A stretch of 63,795 nucleotides of DNA, filler included, from Octopus bimaculoides (taxonomy: Eukaryota): the NCBI RefSeq assembly GCF_001194135.2. It is 6 parts of 6 records of this genome, joined end to end, with 100 filler letters (N's around TTAATTAATTAA, not from the genome) between each part and the next. Parts side by side here need not be neighbours in the genome. Positions count along the whole stretch, not along the records: positions 47,025 to 55,952 come from NC_068994.1; positions 56,053 to 60,905 come from NC_069006.1; positions 61,006 to 63,795 come from NC_068984.1; 3 more parts are not named here. One strand, written 5' to 3'. The notes under the pieces are model-generated. The model ran no database searches, had not been told where the DNA came from, and was given only the letters and a program-made list of their open reading frames with translations. Positions 51,671-63,795 of this stretch are shown in pieces. The position numbers were made by a program, and so were the translations under genes. The first letter of the stretch is position 1; each line of letters begins with the position of its first letter.

Positions 51671-51779
51671 GAGGTCAACATGTGATGTGTGATGCATAGT
51701 GCATGTATGTGTGTGTGTATGTGTGTGTGTATGTGTGCGTGTATGTGTGTGTGTGTGCGTGCGGAGAGAAGACAGTTTA

Positions 51780-51841
<62 letters not shown>

Positions 51842-51854
51842 CCTATCTATCTAT

Positions 51855-51891
<37 letters not shown>

Positions 51892-52014
51892 GTATACTCT
51901 TTTACTTGTTTCAGTCATTTGACTGTGGCCATACTGGAGCACCGCCTTTAGTCGAGCAAATCGACCCCAGGGCTTGGTATTATTAATGGTATTAATAGAC
52001 CATGGTATCATTAA

Positions 52015-52220
52015 CATTAGTAAAATACTCAGAGCGGCGAAATACTTAGCGGCATTTTGTCCGTCTTTACATTCTGAGTTCAAATTCTGCCGAGGTCGAA
52101 TTTGCCTTTCATCCTTTCGGGGCCGATAAGATAAGAACCAGTTAAACACAGGAGTCGATGTAAATCGACTTAGTTACTCGTCCGAAATTGCTGGTCTTGG
52201 AACAAGATTTGAGACGAATA
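52015..52220 (+). mobile_element. SINE family B
   Basis: ctgagttcaaattctgccgaggtcgaatttgcctttcatcctttcgggg. Confidence 0.8.
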
Positions 52221-52539
52221 TTAGTAAAAGTACCTGAATTCAACATCAACGTCTCCAAACTCTCAGGCAACGATCTTCTGGTGAAGATACGTAGGTGCAT
52301 ATTGCTGCCGCTTCATAGCAGGTAGGCCTCCTGGGAACCTATTGATATCAACGATGAAATTTGAAGCTTTTAACATTAAATTTTTACTTCATCTGTCATG
52401 TTTATTTTTGTGTCTGATCACTATTTCATATGTGAGTTTATGTTAACGCTGTTATGTGTTAGAACTACCGATTCCATCATAAATGATTTTTTAGAGGGAA
52501 TATTGTCTAGTTAGGTTGTTACTTTTCTTTTCCTAACTA

Positions 52540-53450
52540 GATTTTTGTTCTGCGAAGCAACACATTTCCGTTGCTCCTTGCAACACAGCATGATAAGCCG
52601 TTGGGAGAGAGTGTCCAACTTTTAAGGGCTAATATAACAGTTGAAGTCGTGAAGTTAACAACATTCTGGTCTGCAACCAAATTAGAAGATCGTGTTAGTC
52701 GATAGTAGATCGTTCGCAGGCTTGCATGTTTGGGTTCGTTAATGATAAGAACATGCAAAAATATATTTGTGGTATATTACTAGTATTCTTTTATAGCTAT
52801 ATGTAGTATATCTAGTTCCTGTTACATGACAGTTTTAATGATATATTTATTTGTTCTATAGTTAGTATGCATTTAATTCATGTAATATACACACTACAGT
52901 GATTTCCTTTTGATGAGTTTTATAACGCCTGGTGTATATAATGCATTGTATTTGAGACTATATTGTGCTATACCCTTGGTCCATTTGTATGTGCGTGTAT
53001 ATATATATATATNNNNNNNNNNNNNNNNNNNNNNNNNNNNNNATATATGTCACCGTTGGTGATTAGTGATTGTTTTATTGTGTCGATTTTATTATCTAGA
53101 GCTTCCTTTCTGGTCGAGAATGTAAAAGCTCTTTTAAGCAGCGATGTCAACACCGCCAATTTCTAACTGTGTGAACATTCACTGTCTCCATGCAAATGTA
53201 TTCATTTATACGCCTTCGGTCTAGACGACTGTGGTGTGTCTGTTATTTTCTGCTCGGATGTTTGTCAAGAAATAGAGTCATTGTATTGCTTGTAGTCATA
53301 TATCTACTGTCACGAATCTTGTATTTTAGTACAATGATGTTGCCTAGTTTTCTTTTAATTTCTCGACAATTTCCTCTGTGCTCATTACGACATGTATATC
53401 GTCTTCATAGGTAGTGGATATTCTAGTATTCATCTCCAGCACTTCACTGG
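52540..53450 (-). mobile_element. Degenerate Penelope-like element: RT C-terminal half and GIY-YIG-like remnant
   Basis: YEDDI at 53395-53409, LFLD, and AVLTSLLKRAFTFSTRKEALDNKIDTIKQSLITNG (RA...NGY-type thumb). NVVNF...CYI...LSQRL near 52600-52665. Multiple stops and frameshifts. Confidence 0.6.
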
Positions 53451-54049
53451 TGGTAACTATTTTAGCGAACCCCCGGACGAAATGAAAGCGTGAATCAACC
53501 TCCGGTCAGATTTGAAACTATAACATAAGAATTGCTTTAATAAAATACCTAAAGGCATTTTCGATTTTTTTTTTTTTTTACCTCGTCAGTCTGTCTGTTT
53601 ATGGTGATAATTACAGACTTTGCAAGCCTATAAATCTTGATTGGTGAAACCGATAGCTAAGAACGAGGTGGACATTGGCTATATGCTGCTGCTGCTGTTG
53701 CTGCTGCTGATGATGATGATGAGAATGATGATGATGTGGAAGAGGATGCTAACGGNNNNNNNNNNNNNNNNNNNNNNNNNNNNNNNNNNNNNNNNNNNNN
53801 NNNNNNNNNNNNNNNNNNNNNNNNNNNNNNNNNNNNNNNNNNNNNNNNNNNNNNNNNNNNNNNNNNNNNNNNNNNNNNNNNNNNNNNNNNNNNNNNNNNN
53901 NNNNNNNNNNNNNNNNNNNNNNNNNNNNNNNNNNNNNNNNNNNNNNNNTGGTGTTGGTGGTGGTAGTGATGGTGGTGGGTGTTGGTGGTGGTGGTGGTGG
54001 TGGTGATTGGGGGTGTGTGTGTTCAAAGGGGCCGATATAGCTTGGCAAC

Positions 54050-54200
54050 AGTGACGTCACAACTCATTTCTACAGCTGAGTGAACTGGAGCAACGTCAAA
54101 TAAAGAGTCTTGCTCAAGAACACAATACACATCACATCCCGATCAGGGAATCGACCTCACAACTCCACCATTGTAAGCCCGATATTTTAACCACTAAGCC
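54050..54200 (-). mobile_element. Third tRNA-derived SINE type (related copy at about 24960-25160)
   Basis: Minus strand ggcttagtggttaa...gtcgattccc...ttgagcaag...gttgctccagttcactcagctg. Confidence 0.6.
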
Positions 54201-54201
54201 A

Positions 54202-54237
<36 letters not shown>

Positions 54238-54824
54238 TGTATGTATGTATGTATGTATGTATGTATGCAAATTTTTGTTACTACTCCTGCTACTGTAGCC
54301 ACCACTACTTCCAAGGCTTTAATAATAGTGAAGACAATTATATCAATTATAACAAATATATATATAATGCATACATAAAAGCAACATGAGAAAAAAAATA
54401 AGCAAAATATAAATACAAATTGAGAGTAAGTAAAAAACAAAAACAAAGAAAAGATAGAAAAAAGAAAAAAGCCAAATATAATGGCTGTCTGTCCTACGTT
54501 GCTTCAGTACTCCCCCCCCCCACCACTAACGCTAGCACCATTCTCACATACATACATATACGACTTAACTAGTCGTAGAAATGCCGTCTTCTAATTTTTC
54601 TCTTCAGACAGCTCAGCTCTCCCATTTATTATGTGGAGGAAGTATTTAGCGTGTCACACGAAGACGTTTTTTAAGTGGTATGCGATTCAAAATATTTATG
54701 TGGGTGGCGATATATATATTGCATATTATCATGTATGCGTACATATGTGTGTACACGTGTGTTTGTGTGTATGCGTGTGTACGAATGAATATTAATGATA
54801 ATAATGATAATAATAATAATAATG

Positions 54825-54878
<54 letters not shown>

Positions 54879-55487
54879 GCAACAGCAACAATAATAATAT
54901 TGTATGCTCCTACCTCCCCCTTTTAGCCGTCTCAGTTATTTCTCACGCTACATATCTCCGATGACAATACACACACACACACACACACTCATATACACAT
55001 ACACTTCCTCACACACACACACATATATACACATGCACGCGCACACATACATTCATATATTGACTAGCCGATTAAAGGAATTGTAAAGTGCGCCACGTAA
55101 CCTAAGACCGGGCCCGTTGTATGGGTGGACAGCCACAGCCGAGTCCAGTATCCAACGCCGTACATCACGGCACACCAAACGCAGAATAAGCTAAAGTGCC
55201 GAATACGAGCCAAATGATATGACCATGCTTGCTTTTGTACGTATCTGTGTGTGTATGTGTGTGTGTGTAGCATTTTTAGGATTAATGGATATTTGTCAAT
55301 TTGTGTGTTGAGTAAAGCACGTTCATAGTTTCGGCTACCTGGTGTCATCTACGATTGGGGGTCTATTTCCGTTGGATCTACTTCATGAATTCTGCAGTGT
55401 TAGTTGAGATAAGAATCGATGAATGAAGCGGAAGATGGATTTGGCATTAGTCTTTAGAGACTAATCTATCTTCCTCTTCATTCATCG

Positions 55488-55530
<43 letters not shown>

Positions 55531-55540
55531 NNNNNNNNNN

Positions 55541-55587
<47 letters not shown>

Positions 55588-55687
55588 CGTGTGTGTGTAT
55601 AGATATGTATGTATGTATTGTTATATTTGGGGATGGTGATATTTTGACGATTATACACACGCACTATAAACTTGGCCTTCGCTTCAG

Positions 55688-55757
<70 letters not shown>

Positions 55758-55906
55758 TAAGACTTCACACAGTATCCAATATCGTGATGTTGTTGATTGA
55801 AGACATTCTGTGCATCGGGGGTTTGTGCTGTTTGTCAAGTCACAAACAATAATGATGATGGGGATGATGATGATGATGATGATAAAAAACAACAACAACA
55901 ATAATG

Positions 55907-55952
<46 letters not shown>

Positions 55953-56052
55953 NNNNNNNNNNNNNNNNNNNNNNNNNNNNNNNNNNNNNNNNNNNNTTAA
56001 TTAATTAANNNNNNNNNNNNNNNNNNNNNNNNNNNNNNNNNNNNNNNNNNNN

Positions 56053-56378
56053 GTGCGTGAGAAGACCCAGCAAGCCAAGTAAGATCGTTGCCAGTGCCCC
56101 TGGACTGGCTCTTGTGTGGGTGGCACATAAGATGCACCATTTTGAGCGTGGCCGTTGCCAGTGCCCCTGGACTGGCCTTCGTGCAGGTGACACGTAAAAG
56201 CACCTACTACACTCTCTGAGTGGTTGGCGTTAGGAAGGGCATCCAGCTGTAGAAACTCTGCCAAATTAGATTGGAGCCTGGTGTTGCCATCCGGTTTCAC
56301 CAGTCCTCAGTCAAATCGTCCAACCCATGCTAGCATGGAAAGCGGACGTTAAACGATGATGATGATGATGATGATGAT
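56053..56378 (+). mobile_element. Non-coding element with the RTE-LINE-type 3' tail
   Basis: Ends ccaacccatgctagcatggaaagcggacgttaaacgatgatgat, the tail shared with 21728-23450 and with remnants at 7140, 8750, 21340, 23700-24240 and 58340. Confidence 0.8.
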
Positions 56379-56399
56379 TTACAGAATTGTAAAAATTGA

Positions 56400-57085
56400 C
56401 ATCATCATCGTTTAACGTCTGTTTTCCATGCTGGCATGGGTTGGATGGTCTGACTGAGGTCTAGAGAGCCAGCGGCTGCACCAGACTCCAATCTGATCTG
56501 GCAAATTTCTACAGCAGGATGCCCTTCCTAACGCCAACCATTCTGAGAGTGTAGTGGGTGCTTTTTAGATGCCACTGGTACAGGAGCCAGTCAAGGGGTA
56601 CTGGCATCGGTCACAATCGGTTGGTACTTTTTATGTACCACTGGCACAGGAGCCAGTCAGGCGGACCTGGCATCAACCACGTACAGATGGTGCTTCTTAC
56701 ATGCCACTGGCACGGGAGGTAGTTTGGGGGTACTGGCATCAGCCACGTTTGGTTGATGCTTTTTACGTGCCACCGACACGGGAGCCAGTCAGAGGGCACC
56801 AACCCCAGCTACGATATTGGTTTTACTTGACTCAACAGGTCTTCTCAAGCATATCATATCACCTGACACATCAGGGGTATTCTTAACAGGGCCGGACATG
56901 CATGGTTGCAATCTCACTTGAGTTGCCGGGTCTTCTCAGTCACAGCATATCTCCAAAGGTCCAGGTCTCCTGTCATTGCCTGTCTGAGATCTAATGTTCG
57001 AAGTTCATGCTTCACCACCTCATCCCATGACTTCCTGGGTCTACTTCTTCCACAGGTTCCTTCTACAGTTAGGAAGTGGCACTTC
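56400..57085 (-). mobile_element. Same RTE-tailed element, tail-to-tail with the previous copy, with four internal repeats of about 66 bp
   Basis: Starts atcatcatcgtttaacgtc. Repeats gtgcttttta...gccactggcac.ggagccagtca lie at about 56559-56810. Confidence 0.8.
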
Positions 57086-57345
57086 CTTACACAGCTATAG
57101 TAGAAGATACTTGCCCAAGGTGTAACACAGTGAGACTGAACCCAGGACCATTTGGTTGGGAAGCAACACAGTCGCGCTGTTTTTTTACTTTCCTTTTTAT
57201 GATAAAGACCCTATAACATAATGTGTCTGTTGATTATAAAAATGCGCTGGCTAGGACCAGGGATGTGGAAATGATTGACTGTATGTATGCTGGTTCAGGC
57301 CATGTCTAGAACTATACAGAAAAATAAATAAACAAATACACCCAC

Positions 57346-57450
57346 CGATGCCATGCTATCAGTCCATTCTCCGTGACCTTTCTGATATTCTTTGACTTTA
57401 CGAATATCTTCAATTATCTGGACTGAATCACCTATGGCAAATAGTTGAAC
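57346..57450 (-). CDS. MIB2: Next internal exon of MIB2, start of second MIB repeat: VQLFAIGDSVQIIEDIRKVKEYQKGHGEWTDSMAS
   Basis: 105 bp, phase 0/0, long pyrimidine tract with tttcag acceptor and TCG|gtgggt donor. Joins the 60307-60417 exon in frame. Contains the F-x-x-GD...GHGEWTD motif of MIB2. Confidence 0.93.
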
Positions 57451-57547
57451 CTGAAAGAGAGGGAAGAAAAAATAAACACAAGAAAAGGAAAGAGAGAAAG
57501 ACAGAGAGGGCGAGAAAGAAAGAAAGAGAGAAAAGAGAGAGAGGGGG

Positions 57548-57590
<43 letters not shown>

Positions 57591-58539
57591 GAACTCTGCT
57601 GATTCTGTCACTTGCTGTCCTACTAACACATAAGTAAATAACACTGTGTAACAAAATTCTTTATTTTTTTATTCTTGTCTTTGGTCAGTGAGTGTTATTT
57701 CTCATTTGCTTCTATCTAAAAATCAAAGGATGTGACTACCATTCCCTTCAAACTTTGCTTCTGTGACCTCGACGTCAATGTTTTGAAACTGACCTATTTT
57801 CCATTACATTTAAAACAGAATCAGTGATGAGTTGCTGAAGCAGAAATATTGTTATAGCAAATGTTCTGCTCAATACCACAGATTTGCTTATCAGTTGCTT
57901 GATCTTAACCATATGAGCATGTCCCTTAGTGGCTGACAATATGTGCATCTCTGATGATGAGCAGGAGTAGTGGGGGGGGCATCATAACTACATGTTAAGA
58001 GGGATTCTTTGGGGTTTGAATAGATGTAACAAAAGCGCAATTTGAAGGAAATATTAGCCATTTTTCATACTTTCTAGGGGTCAGCAAACAGGAAATAACA
58101 GTTGCTATCCAAAGACAAAAATTGTGTTACATATTGTAATGAATCTCCTGCTCAGCTATCCCCACTTACCCTTATATATAATGTGGGGGTAGTCGTACCT
58201 GTAGAATAAGACACCTTTGTTTGTCCGTCTACCTTTAGCCTTTCAACACCTGGCATAAAACCACTTTCCCTGTCTCAAATATTACACCACCCCCACTCAG
58301 TAGTCACAGCTTTTTTCTCCCCCCACCATTCTACTTTTGTCTTGCAAGTAACTTGGCAACCTCACTAGTGCTGGTGCTACACAAAAATGTACCCAGTGTA
58401 CGCTGTGAAAAGGTTGGCATCAGGAAGGGCACTCAGCTATAGAAACCATGCTAAAGATGACACTGGGGCTTGGCACAGCCCTGCAGCTCATTGGATCCTG
58501 TCAAAACTCTTACAGTCAGAGGAAATGTAGACAAATACC

Positions 58540-59260
58540 TTCTTTAATTTCTTGAGCCAGTCATCATGTTGTTGAATATATGTAGTTCTCTCCATGTCAT
58601 GTGACACATAAAGCTGCAACATAATCTCTCTCACCCGCTCTGTGTTTTGCTACTGTTGTGGTTTCATTCCAGCCTCTCCACACTTTTCATCTCCTGTCCT
58701 TGTCAATGGTCCTTCGCCATGTGGTTTTTAGGGCACCCTACTGCTCTTTAGTGCCACCATACAATCACCAGCTTGATCTAGTCCAATCCAGTTCCAGCAT
58801 CTATGACTTATTTCACTACTGATCCTGTTAATGCCCATTGTTGTCTCAATTATGTCATTTTGGGCCTCTTTTGTAGCCACTTGAAGTCAAGTATTCTCAT
58901 TAAGCATGGAAATTGGAAGTTGTCCAGTTCCTCTTTTTTCTATTTTTGTCACTTTCCAGTTTTCACATCCGTAGAGTAACACTGGTCAGTCCAATGTCTT
59001 GAACAGCTTCAGCTTGTTTTGCAGCCTATACCTTTGTTTCTCTGTACCTTTGTGAGATTGCACAATGCTCTTTGGAATTTGGATATTTGGTTCTTTATAC
59101 TCTCCATTCCCCTTCTGTCTTTCGTGACTGTCGCTCCCAGGTAAACAAATTCTCCAATGTCTTCCACCTCATTCTCACCAATTCTTACATAAGCTTGTTG
59201 TTTGGCATTACTCTTAAGTGTTTCACATTTTTGTTTTGTCTGGCAATGATAGAATAATAC
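58540..59260 (-). mobile_element. Degenerate RTE-clade LINE RT fragment inside the MIB2 intron
   Basis: VRIGENEVEDIGEFVYLGATVTKD, then PVLLYGCENWK and LDNFQFPCLMRIL. Confidence 0.8.
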
Positions 59261-59399
59261 ATTCTTCCCCATCCTCATCCCACTCCAAATAACTCCAAAA
59301 TTTCCTATCAGTTATGAATCTACAATTAGTAGAAATGTAATCAAATCCCTTCTTTAATTACTTGAGTCAGTAACCCTGTTGTTGAATATACTAAGGCAA

Positions 59400-60200
59400 G
59401 CATATAATAATAAGTTTGGGAGAGTAGAGTTGTCAAAGTAAACTTGTTAAACTTGTCATAGTAAGCTCATTAGAGAAAACATGACAGTCTAAGCTTATTC
59501 GTATCAGCTTACCAGAGTAATCATGCTGGGAAAAGTTTTTCTGAGTAAATAAACACATCAGTGAAAACTTAACTGACTAAGCTTCTCTCTTTTAAGCTTG
59601 CCTGTCTAAGATGGTGTTCTTAATCATACCTCTCTAAACTTGCCTGTTGAAGATTGTCTTTTTAACCTTGCTTCTCTATATTTCCCTGTCAACGCTTGCC
59701 ATTCTAAGCTTGCCTGTGTAAACTTACCAGTCTAAACATGCCTATCAAAACTTGCTTGCCTAAGCTTGCATATCAAAGTTTGCCTGTTGAAGATTGACTG
59801 TCAAAGCTTGCCTGCTGAAGATTGCCAGTCAAAGCTTGCCTGTTGAAGATTGACTGTCAAAGTTTGCCTGTAGAAGATTGTCTGTCAAAGCTTGCCTGTC
59901 GAAGATTGCCAGTCAAAGCTTGCCTGTTGAAGATTGACTGTCAAAGCTTGCCTGTTTAAGATTGTCTGTCAAAGCTTAACTGCTGAAAGTTGCCTGTCAA
60001 AGCTTGTCTTTCTAAGCTTACCAGAATAAACTTGCCTTTCTAAGCTCGCCTGTTAACATTTTCCAGCCAAAACTCTTTATTTTAAACTTGTCAGAAAAAC
60101 GCATCAGATTGAACTTGTCGATCTAAATTTCTGCTACTAAACTTGTCAATCTAAACTAGATACACTCTACTTGTCAAATGAGACACTACTTGACTGACTA
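59400..60200. repeat. 14-bp minisatellite with a homogeneous 28-bp dimeric core (59774-60000)
   Basis: CAAAGCTTGCCTGTTGAAGATTGACTGT repeated about 8 times, flanked by decayed aagcttgcctgtct-type monomers. Confidence 0.9.
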
Positions 60201-60306
60201 AACATAAAGCAAAAACACTTAAGATATTGAATAATACAAAAATAAAGAGAGAAATAATTCACACAGTGAATTTAATGCAATGACCTCAATGACCTCATTA
60301 ACTGAC

Positions 60307-60417
60307 CTTTGTTAGAGCGCCGGGATGAAAGGTCCATCTGTTACTACATCCTTCATATTGCACACGTACATCACCACGATCGGTGATTCGATGGACAGAA
60401 CCAACTTGACCTATATA
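60307..60417 (-). CDS. MIB2: Internal exon of E3 ubiquitin ligase mind bomb 2, first MIB (SH3-like) repeat: YIGQVGSVHRITDRGDVRVQYEGCSNRWTFHPGALTK
   Basis: 111 bp, phase 0/0, acceptor ctttgttcag and donor AAG|gtcagt. The peptide matches the MIB2 signature I recall (IGQxGxVHRITDRGDVRVQ...RWTFHPGALTK). Confidence 0.95.
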
Positions 60418-63019
60418 CTGAACAAAGAGGAAAGAACAACAATTAATTGTATTTATACACAAACACACACACATAGATACATGCATATACATACATATGC
60501 AGATATACATGTATATACATATATGAGAAATGATATGAGAAATGTCTAAACTCTTAAAGGTATTTAGAGATACAATTAAAGTGATTTAAACAACACCTTT
60601 ATCATACGATTTTAAGTAACATCTCTATCGTCCGATTGACTACACTGAAATTCATCCTTTTCTCTGATGAGTGGATAGACTTCCTAATAATGGTTATCAA
60701 CTTTGGATTTCATTTCAAAAGGTAGTATATTCATGAAACAATCATAAGATCTCTCAAATCTTTTTAAATAATCATAGTTATACTTTATATATTTATTTAT
60801 TAATAGAATATTGTTTATATTATGGATGTTTCTGTACTGTGATTTTTATATAATTTTTCCTACTTTTACTCCCTAATATACATACATATAATATATATAC
60901 ATACANNNNNNNNNNNNNNNNNNNNNNNNNNNNNNNNNNNNNNNNNNNNTTAATTAATTAANNNNNNNNNNNNNNNNNNNNNNNNNNNNNNNNNNNNNNN
61001 NNNNNGTTTTTATGTATTATATGTGTATGTGTATCAAAATACATGTATGCATATACACACAAACGCGCACACACAATTACGCATGGAACACATACACACA
61101 CTTACTGTCCAATTTAATCCTAGCTGGTTTTATATCCCTTGGCAGCTTGGAAAAACATTTCTGCACAAGTTTAATGGTTATTGCATTAGTTATAAATATT
61201 GACGATAACCAAGAGACACTCCTGGATGAGGGATAAAGAGGCTGAAAGACAGACTAGCCAGGCAGGTAGACATCTTGTTCTGTGGTTTCTCTCTATCTCT
61301 CTATCTCTCTCTTTTCCTCTGTGTGTGCATCGATGTAGTGTGTGTGTGTATACATTTATGTCAATCTATTTATATCGATCTGTGTATATAGTAGTTATAA
61401 AAGTTACTATCCATCTATTTTCTGCATATATGGTTGTTTCATTGACGTTGCATCTCACTACATCTCTGTCTCTCATTTCTACTATGTGAGCAGGTGTGTA
61501 TATGGGTAGAAAACCACATAAAACCGTGTTACTTGTAAACTTAATCCTCTCAGTTATTTCACATATTTATTTAGTATTCCACCGCCACCCCAAATGTTTA
61601 ATGCCTGTATGTATATTGTACCCAGTTAGTTTACGTTTTAGTTGCTCCTGTACTTTTAAACACTATGTGTAACTTTAAAAAGCAACTTTTCGTCATTATT
61701 TGTTTACAAACTTTTGGTATAAACCGATGTCCACTGTAGTCTTCCAGTCCATATTCTTCGTGGTGAAAATTGATTAATCTAAGGTTTGCATTAGTTAGTG
61801 ACATTTTTTGTCGATTTTTGATCCCAGATCGAAACTTAGATATTATTATGTTTTATAGATTGTTGTTGTTTATTTTTGAGATTAGTCATGATCGAACATC
61901 AATATGATTAAATAGTTTCCAACCATGAAAATTTCTGGTTGGAACCAAACGTCATCCAACATAGCAGCATCTTAAAATGCCCATCCCCGTTTTAAAAAGT
62001 GTAGGATGCACTTTGCGTGGCATTTGTCCACGAAGTAACGATTTCCTTTATTTCTCATTATACGTAAGGTTTTTTTTCCCCCTCTTAGTGTTTTTCATGA
62101 AGTAGAATTTCCCTTAAAATTATCTGGTAGCTAATATCATGCATTTATGTTGTTTTTACAATAATCTATATAATCTCCTTATTAATTTTCTTGAATTGGA
62201 TTCCGACTTATGACTCTTTGTTAACAATTAAGATATGTCCCTGTTACTTACATACTTAAATACTTTGACAGACTTCGGCTAGAATTAGACCTGGCCATGA
62301 CCAACCTAACAACACCATCTGGAAATGGTATTTAATGTTGCTTCCTATTACAGTCTTTCTTTGGGAACCATAGCCCATTCAAGTAAAGAGTTATTTTGCA
62401 GAGATTTATCCAGGTGTAAGTTACCTGGAACTTGGTGGAGGAAATCATCAAGAAACAATTTAAATGTTACGAAATACTTTTTTCTTCTTTTGTGCCTTGA
62501 CATGTTAAGTGCGGGGCCAGCAGAGGTGAAACTCTTGTGTCTTAGTGTTGAGTTACGTCGCGAACACTATATTTGTAGAGGAGGGATAGCATGGGTACCA
62601 AATTTTAGGTGAATTTTAAAGTCGATGCCAACATCGTTTGGGCGATGAAGGTGGAATATTTTCTACATTGTACAAATGATAAAGCATTCACGGTGTTATC
62701 GGAGGGAACAGAGTTTAATTAAGTCTTATGGCGTTGTTAATCGTAGTTTTAACGATGAAGGTTTTTAAATATTTCTTAACTTTTTCTTTTAAATATGATC
62801 TCCAATCATAATCAGGTAACTTTGATTTATTTGTGAATACGCATATGATACAAAACTTGGTTTCAACGTGGAACTTTAAATTCTAAACTAGGATTAGTAA
62901 CACTTCTTGGTCTGTACAACGGATAAATATGCAAGTTATTCGTATATATAGCCGTACAGTACTTATGTGAACATGGTTTCATGTTACGGAATTAGTAAAG
63001 AAGATCTAACTAATTAATG

Positions 63020-63320
63020 TCGTTTACTTGTTTCAGGTTTTAGACTGTGGTCATGCTGTAGTGCTGTCTTGAAGGGTTCTAGAAAAACAAACTGATTCCA
63101 GTACTTATATTTTAAGTCTACGACTTATTCTATCCAGCCACTCCTACATACATACATACCTAGGTATTCGATGTGCTTCAACACAGTTTCATTTTGCCTA
63201 TCCACTCACATGGCACTGATCGGACCGTGGTTATAGCAGAAGATATTTGCCGAATTTGCCGCGCAGAGAGACCGAACAAGAAGCCACATGATAGCGAAGC
63301 AAATTTCTTAAGCACACGGC
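63020..63320 (-). mobile_element. SINE family A, strongly diverged
   Basis: gactgtggtcatgctg...agtacttatattttaag...tatccactcaca... in the family order. Confidence 0.6.
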
Positions 63321-63795
63321 ATATTTCGATAACATTTAATATATTAATATATTAAAATAATTAACATATTGAACATATTTAAATCTGTAACATTTTTAAC
63401 ACATAACACAATTAATGGAAGCGACATTAAATTTGCTTCTAAAAAATTATTTCAAGACTTGACATTCCGGAAGACACCGCCTACTGTAGTTACAGTTACG
63501 TCAGCGCATGTATAAGGCTGGTATGTCTAACGACTTTCCCCGGAAGTGTCGTGAAGCGTCGTTTTAGCTAATGCCGTTGAGAGTATTGAAACTTGCGTCA
63601 TTATTGCATAACATTCCTTACTTGACGATATTCTGGAATTGAATTTCTGTCAATTAAACTCTTAGAATCTAATGAAACATAAGGAAAAAAAGAGAAACCT
63701 CAAAAAGTAACTGGTCCCTAGCTACGTTCTATCGTTTATCTTTTATTCGCTTCTCTCAATGAACTGTGATATATATATGTATATATATATATATA

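Noticed and set aside
52590-52640. Next MIB2 exon, from the ALKSWTLSPNGL resemblance to WTFSPSCL
   Set aside because: It lacks the GKV/DGDLRV residues and suitable splice sites, and is better explained as part of the Penelope-like relic.
60662-60700. CTGATGAG hammerhead-like core
   Set aside because: There is no downstream stem II plus GAAA. Similar isolated hits near 24397, 37545 and 57953 are too degenerate to call.
62280-62770. 95-aa ORF or possible transposon coding relic
   Set aside because: No diagnostic motif was recognised in any frame and there is no MIB2 similarity.

Overview
AT-rich eukaryotic draft-assembly window dominated by microsatellites, N-gaps and retroelements. The repeat repertoire resembles an octopus (cephalopod) genome; this is my inference from pattern recognition, not a search. 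Five 100-bp linkers (44 N + TTAATTAATTAA + 44 N) join six segments whose adjacency is not guaranteed. Protein-coding content is small. There are two well-supported minus-strand exons of the E3 ligase mind bomb 2 (MIB2, MIB/SH3-like repeats; 60307-60417 and 57346-57450). There are also two phase-compatible plus-strand exons of an unidentified Ser/Asn/Gln-rich protein (30143-30209, 30743-31344). The rest is at least two tRNA-derived SINE families, degenerate RTE-, CR1/L2- and R4/Dong-like LINEs, a Penelope-like RT/GIY-YIG relic, several MITEs (Tc1/mariner-like, piggyBac-like, long-TIR) and minisatellites. The most unusual signal is a palindromic, TSD-flanked retroelement present twice (26969-27392, 28513-29052). 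Each arm pairs a tRNA-like Pol III head with a Penelope-type tail carrying a minimal type I hammerhead ribozyme fold. Two other hammerhead-bearing repeat families occur at 21217-21257 and 34503-35264. Every hammerhead copy carries lesions, so activity is inferred only for the consensus. Most long ORFs in the supplied track are microsatellite or N artefacts.
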